A stretch of 64,000 nucleotides of DNA from an uncultured Candidatus Saccharibacteria bacterium (GTDB taxonomy: Bacteria; Patescibacteriota; Minisyncoccia; Phycocordibacterales; CALRHW01): positions 6,936-70,935 of the forward strand of contig CAYOUG010000004.1 of assembly GCA_964407105.1 (NCBI GenBank). The letters run 5' to 3'. Below, piece by piece: positions 57,064-64,000 of this stretch. How positions within the stretch are numbered: the first letter of the stretch is position 1; each line of letters begins with the position of its first letter. The translations under genes were made by a program, and so were the position numbers. The notes under the pieces are model-generated. The model had not been told where the DNA came from. It ran no database searches and saw nothing but the letters and a program-made list of their open reading frames with translations.

Positions 57064-58218
57064 CTATTTCTTTACCAAAAAATCATTTGCTGAATTTATT
57101 GAGGTTTTATATTCTTCAAGATAAACTGATTTTGATTGAAATGTTACTTTAGCCAAACGCAACATCGCTTCTTCAGCAAAAGTTTCTCGAAGCGCATTAT
57201 TTTCAATACAAAGTTTTATTTTTTCATATAAACAATAGTCATCTCCCACCGGACAAACAAACACGTCACCATCTGACAGAACATCACGAGCAATACCTAC
57301 GTCGGTAGCAATCGTTGGACAATGAGAAGCGAGCGCTTCAACGATAGTCATTCCATATCCCTCGTAGTTTGAGGTAACCAAAAAAAGATGTGCTGTTTTG
57401 TAGTAAGAAATAAGATCTTGTTGCCACGACTCAAACATAACATTTTTAGAAAGTCCTAAATTTTTCACTTCTTTTTTTAGTGAAAATTCTTCTCTACCGC
57501 TTCCCGCAATCACTAAACCCACACCGGGATATTGGGTGATGATACGACCGAGAGCCTTTAGTGCCAATGAAATATTTTTTTCTTTTGTAAGACGAGAAGC
57601 CACAAGCACAATAAATTTAAATTGTGGATATTTTTTCTTAAGATCAAAAGTAATTGGTGTTTGCTTTATTTTTTCAATATCAACAAAAATTGGTAAAACT
57701 TTTGGATCAACATGGATCAAATTTGTTTTTAAAAGACTTGTTTTTATTCTTTCTGAAACAACACGTACTGCATCTGCAAAAGGAAGTACTTTTTTAGCAA
57801 TACGAACACGAAACATATTAAAAAAACTTTCTTTTTTAAAAAATGGACTCAAAAAATCTGTGTGAATTTGAATGTGAAGAGCAATGTTCGTTTTTTTCTT
57901 AAGTCGCATACCAACGAGACCGCAACCAAAAGGATCCTCACAGGTCACAATAATATTATTGAGATTTTGATTTATTTTCTTATAAATATCGAAAGCTGTC
58001 TTTGTTGCATCTCTAACATACAAAAAACGTGAAAATGAATTTGTTGGATAAATCCACATATTTGGTGAAATTTTTTCTGGTTTGTATTTAGAAGATAGTT
58101 TTGTAAAAACAACAATATGCATTTCTTCAAAAAGCGCACCGTATTCCAAAATACGCGCCCGCACTACGCTTTCTTTATCAAATAAATTTCTATCTGTTCC
58201 AATACTTATGATTTTCAT
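57064..58218 (-). CDS. GT4 glycosyltransferase
   Basis: SRLTKEK, YEGYGMTIVEALAS; ATG 58218 preferred. Confidence 0.9.
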   Translation of the reverse strand: MKIISIGTDRNLFDKESVVRARILEYGALFEEMHIVVFTKLSSKYKPEKISPNMWIYPTNSFSRFLYVRDATKTAFDIYKKINQNLNNIIVTCEDPFGCGLVGMRLKKKTNIALHIQIHTDFLSPFFKKESFFNMFRVRIAKKVLPFADAVRVVSERIKTSLLKTNLIHVDPKVLPIFVDIEKIKQTPITFDLKKKYPQFKFIVLVASRLTKEKNISLALKALGRIITQYPGVGLVIAGSGREEFSLKKEVKNLGLSKNVMFESWQQDLISYYKTAHLFLVTSNYEGYGMTIVEALASHCPTIATDVGIARDVLSDGDVFVCPVGDDYCLYEKIKLCIENNALRETFAEEAMLRLAKVTFQSKSVYLEEYKTSINSANDFLVKK

Positions 58219-58222
58219 ATGC

Positions 58223-59257
58223 TTATTGTATACGAGAATAGAGTGCAAGAAATTCACGAGCAATGTCTTCTGTGGTATGAACAAAAGAAAATGTTTGCGC
58301 GCGATCTGCATAAATTTTATAAATTTCTGGCTCGGCCATATTAAGTATTTTTTGTTCTATATCTTTTTGATCAAGCGGATCAATATAAAGTACCGTATCA
58401 TTTAAACGATCTTTGATACCGTTCTCTTTTGTCACGATACACGGTTTGCCAAAACCAATAGCTTCAAGTACAACGTTTGGACTCACATCAGAAAGCGATG
58501 GCAAAATAAAAGCATAACACTGGGCAATACGCGAATAAAGCTCTTCTTTTGAAACACCCGAAACAAGAGAAAGCTCAAGTGACGAATCTTTCTTTTGTGC
58601 CTCAGTAAACGCTTTTTTAAGACGTACTATATTTTTCAGCGTAATATCTCGCCCAGCCCAAAGATAAATCTTCTTTAGATTTTGTTCATTTTTAAAATTA
58701 CTATCAAGTGTTTTTTCATTTGATATTTTGTATTCATTTTCAATCACCACATTTTTTTCTGGATTAAGTCCATACGCTTTTGTCCAAATATCTTTTTGCC
58801 ATGATGTACTAAAAACACACACAGAAGAATTTTCAAGTGTAAAACGTGTGATAAGAAAAATTAATTTTTCTTTTAAATTAAGTTTTTTATAAAATGTTTT
58901 GTAAAAATCAGAAAGCGTCACATCTTCATGTGTACGCTCTACATATGATTCCCACAAAAAATCTCCGCCGATACGCAAAATATTTTTTTTACCAAATAGA
59001 CGCGAAGCCATCATCGATGGCCAACCCACAGAAAAAGTATCAAGTGCAATCACAAAATCAACACCAAAAAGACTAAAACACGTTCTAAGAAAAAAATAAA
59101 TATGACGAACAATCGGTGGTAATTTGCGTTCAAAACCATAAGTAAGGACCCTTACCGTATGTCCCTGTCTCCTAAACTCATTTTCAAGCCCCAGAGCATA
59201 GTAGGCCGGACCACCTATAGCTGGAGGATAAATGCCTGTACATATGAGTATCTTCAT
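58223..59257 (-). CDS. GT4 glycosyltransferase
   Basis: YPPAIGGP, PSLSDVSPNVVLEAIGFGKP. Confidence 0.88.
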   Translation of the reverse strand: MKILICTGIYPPAIGGPAYYALGLENEFRRQGHTVRVLTYGFERKLPPIVRHIYFFLRTCFSLFGVDFVIALDTFSVGWPSMMASRLFGKKNILRIGGDFLWESYVERTHEDVTLSDFYKTFYKKLNLKEKLIFLITRFTLENSSVCVFSTSWQKDIWTKAYGLNPEKNVVIENEYKISNEKTLDSNFKNEQNLKKIYLWAGRDITLKNIVRLKKAFTEAQKKDSSLELSLVSGVSKEELYSRIAQCYAFILPSLSDVSPNVVLEAIGFGKPCIVTKENGIKDRLNDTVLYIDPLDQKDIEQKILNMAEPEIYKIYADRAQTFSFVHTTEDIAREFLALYSRIQ

Positions 59258-59330
59258 ACCCCTTACCCTAGCAAATTTTGGCTTTATTTTAAAGGAAAAA
59301 AGAAATAAAAAAAATACGACTTCTTTTATA

Positions 59331-60512
59331 CTAAAAAGTCTTAAAGATCTGAGAATTCATAGCAGAGGCAATATCTTTCCAATCATAACGCAAAACCACC
59401 ATTTTTAATGCATTTTTTATAATATTATTTCTCAATAATTCATCATCAATGAGTTTGTTTACACACATTGCGATACTTTCAGAATCATTCACTTTACAAA
59501 ATAGACCCGTCTCTTTATCAACAAGAAAATCTGGTATTCCACCCACAGGCGTAGCAATCACAGGAATACTAGAAGCCATTGCTTCAATAAAAGAATTACC
59601 CATACCTTCAGAAAGTGATGGTCGAATAAAAATATCAGAAATTTTTAGGTATCGAGGAATATCTTTATAATCCACAAAGCCTTGAAATATCACTCTTTTT
59701 TCTACACCAAGTTCGTGTGCGAGTTTTTTAAGTTCCGACTCAAGCTCACCCACACCAAGAATTAAAAATTTTACGCGATCAGAAAGAAGTGGTAATGATT
59801 TTATTACATCAGCCAAGCCGTTTTTTATCACAAGGCGTGACGTGGTCACCAAAAATATATCATTTGTTTCCTTATGAAGATTCCAACGCAACACACCGAG
59901 TTCTTGTTCACCATAACTACGTGTGAAAAGAGATATATCAACACCGTTTGGTATCACAAAAATATCTTTTTTGTGACCCATACTTTTACCAAAATCTGCT
60001 AGGTATGAAGATATTGCTTGCACCACATCAGCTTTTTTAAAAATTTGCTTAAAAATTGGATAAAAAATACCAACCCTTCTACGAATATGACTTATTGGAT
60101 CACCTTCTTGAAGAGTGAGTATAAAAGGCACATCTGGTTTTCGCCATTTAAAAAACAAAGCAGCAAAACCAGCATACGCTGCCATAATAGACCACGTAGC
60201 ATCAAAACGATATTTTTTATGTAAACGTAGTGCCTTAAAAAAACCAAAAAAAGGAAAAAGTGTTTTATTTATTTGGTGAAGTGTTGAGGAAAAATTTGAT
60301 ACAGTTTTTTTTCTATTCCATAAACCAATCCTATGTACATGCACATTACCCACCTTTTCATATTTAAGTAAATCTTTATGTGCACGCAAAGTAACCATAT
60401 GAAATTCAATATCAGACGGACTGATACGATCGGTGATTTCTTTCACAGCTACCTCTGCGCCCCCTATGTATCGAGGATAATATACAGTTGAAAATATAAG
60501 GATTTTTTTCAT
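59331..60512 (-). CDS. GT4 glycosyltransferase
   Basis: YIGGAE, PSLSEGMGNSFIEAMASSIPVIAT. Confidence 0.92.
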   Translation of the reverse strand: MKKILIFSTVYYPRYIGGAEVAVKEITDRISPSDIEFHMVTLRAHKDLLKYEKVGNVHVHRIGLWNRKKTVSNFSSTLHQINKTLFPFFGFFKALRLHKKYRFDATWSIMAAYAGFAALFFKWRKPDVPFILTLQEGDPISHIRRRVGIFYPIFKQIFKKADVVQAISSYLADFGKSMGHKKDIFVIPNGVDISLFTRSYGEQELGVLRWNLHKETNDIFLVTTSRLVIKNGLADVIKSLPLLSDRVKFLILGVGELESELKKLAHELGVEKRVIFQGFVDYKDIPRYLKISDIFIRPSLSEGMGNSFIEAMASSIPVIATPVGGIPDFLVDKETGLFCKVNDSESIAMCVNKLIDDELLRNNIIKNALKMVVLRYDWKDIASAMNSQIFKTF

Positions 60513-60575
60513 GTATACGCGTATTATGCACACATCTGTACACTATCGCAACAAAACACAAACGATCAAAAATGT

Positions 60576-62447
60576 TTATTTAGAAACGTCAAGAATTTTA
60601 CGCAAAACATCCTCAGGAACTTCTTTTGGATCTTGTGGTGTGTTTTTGTGTGTAAAATTTTGTTGCGCAGGATTGTTTGGTTTTTCAGAAATAGGGTTTG
60701 TCTTTTGAGTAACAGCTGCGAGTGCTTCTTTTAAACTAGCCACATTTTCTTTTGTGGGCGCTTTTGGATCTGGTGCATCTTTTGATGTTTTTTGTCGAAG
60801 TGTTTGAAGTGATACCGTTTCTGGTGGCTTTTCTTCTTTTACGTGCAATTTTCCGTCAGAACCAACCGCAATTTCTTCAAATGGATTTTTTTGTGACACA
60901 TTAAATTCTGGCACATTAACATCTGGCGATTTTTCTCTAGAAAAAATAGCGGATGGGTGTTCGTGGGATTTTTCTGATGGTGATTTTCCAAAATGTGGGT
61001 GTTTTTCTTGAGGTGTTTGAGGTGTGTGTGGAGCTTGTGATGTTTGTGGCGCAGAAAATTGCTTATCGTGTCTTTGTCCACCATCGTTTTGCGGTCTTTC
61101 ATTTTGTGGCCTTTTCTGCCCACCATGACCACCTCCGCTATTTCCAGAACCAGGAGTCACAACAGGCTTATGCCACTCAACAATATCGTGCTCCACATCC
61201 TGTCTTGGACGAGCAAACATCTTCCTTGAATTTTCAATTATTTCGTCTCTATACATCACCTCAGGTTTTTTTATAGGCGGAAGAGTTGTCGCAGAAAAGG
61301 GTGGTGAGGTTACACCGTCAATCATGAGCTTTAAATAAATCTGCACAAAACCAAGATTTACCAAGTCTTCTGCGGTAAATGTAGGCATGAATTCTTTTTC
61401 AAGAACCTCAGCATCATACGCACCAACACGAAAAGCGACCATTGTTCCAACGTTACCAAAAACAGCAGCACGCACCTCCTCGGACATTTGTTCTATATAT
61501 TGATGCGCAACAGTAAGATTAAGTTTGTATTTTCGCGCCTCAGAAAGAATGTCAGCAAAAGATTCATTGGCAAAATTTTGAAACTCATCAACAAAAAGAT
61601 AAAATTGTGGCAATCCGTTTAATACTGTTTCATTTACGTCAGCGCGAGACATTGCACCAAGATAAATTTTGGTAATAAGCATACTTCCAAGAAGATTGGC
61701 GTTTGCCTCGCCCACTCTACCTTTTGAAAGATTGATAATCATAATCTTTCGCTCATCCATTAATTTACGAATATCAAAGGTAGATTTTGGCTGACCAATA
61801 ATATTACGTACAAGAGGATTGGCTACAAACTGACCAATTTTATTTTGAATAGCTGCACCCGCCTCCTGCATATATCTCTCACCATATTTTTCAAATTCAT
61901 CTACCCAAAAAGATTTTACAGAAGGATCAGAAATATTTGCTACCACTTTTTTGCGATAATCTTTGTCTGCAAGCATTCTGTTGACACCTATGAGTGTGGA
62001 GTCTGGATATTCCAAAAGAGCCAGAAGAATATTATTTAAAATATATTCCATACGAGCAGACCACGCGTCTACCCAAATCTTTTTAAACGCACTCATGAGA
62101 CCGTTGGCAACCAAATGTCTTTTGTCCACCCCCACGTCTTCCATCACATTAAATGAAATTGGATAATCTGTATCAAAAGGAGCAAAATAAACAATATCTT
62201 TTATTCTTTCTTTTGGAACATATTCTAGAAGAAGATCAGCCGTTTTTCCGTGTGGATCGATAAAAGCCATACCTTCACCATTTTGAATATCCTGCACAGC
62301 AAGATTTTCAAGCAGGGTTGATTTTCCCATGCCTGTTTTTCCGATGATATAAACATGACGAGAGCGATCTTTAGATTTTATGCCAAACGGCACCCGCTGA
62401 TTGCGCGCGTCAGTCTGAGCAAAATATGAAACAGTATTAGGATTCAT
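60576..62447 (-). CDS. VirD4/TraD-like (HerA/FtsK superfamily) ATPase with disordered C-terminal tail
   Basis: HVYIIGKTGMGKS (Walker A), IDPHG, LFVDEFQNF, SEARKY, AHQY; TGGTATAAT at 62462-62470. Confidence 0.85.
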   Translation of the reverse strand: MNPNTVSYFAQTDARNQRVPFGIKSKDRSRHVYIIGKTGMGKSTLLENLAVQDIQNGEGMAFIDPHGKTADLLLEYVPKERIKDIVYFAPFDTDYPISFNVMEDVGVDKRHLVANGLMSAFKKIWVDAWSARMEYILNNILLALLEYPDSTLIGVNRMLADKDYRKKVVANISDPSVKSFWVDEFEKYGERYMQEAGAAIQNKIGQFVANPLVRNIIGQPKSTFDIRKLMDERKIMIINLSKGRVGEANANLLGSMLITKIYLGAMSRADVNETVLNGLPQFYLFVDEFQNFANESFADILSEARKYKLNLTVAHQYIEQMSEEVRAAVFGNVGTMVAFRVGAYDAEVLEKEFMPTFTAEDLVNLGFVQIYLKLMIDGVTSPPFSATTLPPIKKPEVMYRDEIIENSRKMFARPRQDVEHDIVEWHKPVVTPGSGNSGGGHGGQKRPQNERPQNDGGQRHDKQFSAPQTSQAPHTPQTPQEKHPHFGKSPSEKSHEHPSAIFSREKSPDVNVPEFNVSQKNPFEEIAVGSDGKLHVKEEKPPETVSLQTLRQKTSKDAPDPKAPTKENVASLKEALAAVTQKTNPISEKPNNPAQQNFTHKNTPQDPKEVPEDVLRKILDVSK

Positions 62448-62480
62448 ATAGTGTTTCAATCATTATACCACACGAATTAT

Positions 62481-63692
62481 TTATTCCTTAAGCAATGCTC
62501 CAGTTGTGTATTTATTACTTGGACTCCAAATCATCCAAGACATAACGCCCGCATCATAACTCGCTTTTATTTCCGCTTTTATTTCTGGAACATCATAATT
62601 TCCACCGTAATCAAAATCTTGTATCCAAGTGCGAAGTTTTTTTGCAGAATCATCTTTATACCATTCTGGTGCGAGACGCGGTGTGGTGGTAGAAATAGGA
62701 TTATCAAATTCTTGCGCTTTTTTTACAGCACTCAACATAGACATATATACCACCTCATAGACATGATCATTTGGATTACTCCAACCGTTGAAATTTTTAG
62801 GATAATGGGAAGGATAAACCATGGGGGCAACATAATCAAAATATGGAAATGTGTTTTCTATAACCTGACCAATATTAAGATCATCTTTATTGGTTGTGGT
62901 CATACCAAAAAGATCAACGGAGGTTTTCATACCTGTATCTTTTAATGCATTGTGTAAATATACAAAAAATTCCTTTAGGGCATCGGCTTTATTTTTTCCT
63001 GAAGAGTGTGTATATAAAGTATCGTCCATTTTTCCATCTGACGGAAAACGAATGTAATCAAAATTTATTTCATCAAAACCAATAGCGTAAGATTCTTTTG
63101 CTAATTCAATAATATAATCCCAATGTTCTTTGGCACCAACATCAATAAAACTTAAACCTTTAAAATCTTTCCAAACACCACCCGACTTGCTTTGCACCGC
63201 AAGATCTGGACGACGAGCCACCATGTGTGGATCCTGAAATACCGTAATCCGAGCGATAATATAAATTCCTTTTTCATGAAGTATCTCCAAAAAACCCTTC
63301 ATGTCTGATGCTCCGCATTTATTTGAAATCGCATGTGAAAGTTTTGGATTATCAGTATCAAAAGAAATCATACCGGTATAATCTTTTACATCAATCACGA
63401 TAGAATTGATTTCTGTCTCTTCAGCAATTTTTACAAGACTGTCTCGAAAAGATGGGGTTCCCACAACACATTGTGTCATATATATTGACTTTACTTGATT
63501 GGGTGTAGGTATATGCACCACAGCTTTTTGAGAAATTTGATTGATATTTGTGTCAGATTTAATTGAAACATTATCATTTGCCACAATATAATCAGAAGGG
63601 AAAAATTGTGGCGCAATATACATACCAAAAAGCAATCCTGTCGCCAAGATTGCTACGATTGCAAATTTTTTAGTCTTCGAAAATGCGACCAT
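62481..63692 (-). CDS. Putative glycoside hydrolase (DUF4015-like), N-terminally anchored
   Basis: NSIVIDVKD, ARITVFQD, GFDEINFDYIRFP, PMVYPSHY, WIQDF. Confidence 0.85.
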   Translation of the reverse strand: MVAFSKTKKFAIVAILATGLLFGMYIAPQFFPSDYIVANDNVSIKSDTNINQISQKAVVHIPTPNQVKSIYMTQCVVGTPSFRDSLVKIAEETEINSIVIDVKDYTGMISFDTDNPKLSHAISNKCGASDMKGFLEILHEKGIYIIARITVFQDPHMVARRPDLAVQSKSGGVWKDFKGLSFIDVGAKEHWDYIIELAKESYAIGFDEINFDYIRFPSDGKMDDTLYTHSSGKNKADALKEFFVYLHNALKDTGMKTSVDLFGMTTTNKDDLNIGQVIENTFPYFDYVAPMVYPSHYPKNFNGWSNPNDHVYEVVYMSMLSAVKKAQEFDNPISTTTPRLAPEWYKDDSAKKLRTWIQDFDYGGNYDVPEIKAEIKASYDAGVMSWMIWSPSNKYTTGALLKE

Positions 63693-63695
63693 GCA

Positions 63696-64000
63696 TTATG
63701 TGTTATTAGATTTATCATCTAAAACGACTTCGTCTACTTTATCTGCAACACCATCTATATCAGAAACAGAAGGAACACCAAATAAATCTTCTCGACTTAT
63801 TTCTTCTTGCGTTTCTGGTATTAATGTTTCTTCTTCTGAAAAAGGCACGGATTCAACAATTTCCTTTTTTAAAATTTTGGGCGACATCAGTATTTCTTCT
63901 TCTTTTGTTTTTATTTTTTTAGAAGACATTTTTCTATTGATACGTTTGTGTCGAGCAAGTAAAAAAGAAAATGTTGCGATAGCAAGACCAGAGACAACAT
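63696..64000 (-). CDS. Small membrane protein with acidic tail (5' end outside window)
   Basis: Frame is open to the window edge: ...VVSGLAIATFSFLLARHKRINRKMSSKK... Confidence 0.65.
   Translation of the reverse strand, partial: VVSGLAIATFSFLLARHKRINRKMSSKKIKTKEEEILMSPKILKKEIVESVPFSEEETLIPETQEEISREDLFGVPSVSDIDGVADKVDEVVLDDKSNNT

Noticed and set aside
60576-62447. Conjugative element/ICE
   Set aside because: No relaxase, VirB4, integrase or att repeats in the window.

Overview
A 64-kb AT-rich bacterial chromosomal segment, almost entirely minus-strand coded and using genetic code 11 (TGA is a stop). The gene content suggests Patescibacteria/Parcubacteria (CPR), which is an inference: a giant GNVGIGTTSP-repeat protein, O-antigen-ligase+TPR proteins, a stand-alone VirD4-like ATPase, MYG1 and near-leaderless promoters. 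Housekeeping content includes tRNA-Phe, tRNA-Arg, rnpB, lepA, murJ, gatB, obgE, secA, murB and a DsbB/thioredoxin pair. A ~27-kb surface-glycan cluster carries NeuA/NeuB, transketolase, ALDH, SDR, 7 methyltransferase domains, GT4/GT2/GT-C/GT47 enzymes, Wzx and GtrA. The best candidate for an undescribed system is the operon at 8284-20799: two paralogous pilin/WxL-like subunits, a membrane-anchored DUF916-like chaperone, an FN3 membrane anchor whose mature N-terminus matches the putative donor strand of the major subunit, and a 2497-aa mosaic fibre. I read this as a sortase- and usher-independent donor-strand pilus tipped by a trimeric adhesin. Other points of note: a structured two-part RNA element upstream of murB, an unannotated 29-aa protamine-like gene, and an AAAGGTCG motif at near-identical spacing upstream of two genes. 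All protein calls come from motif recognition by eye; no searches were run.
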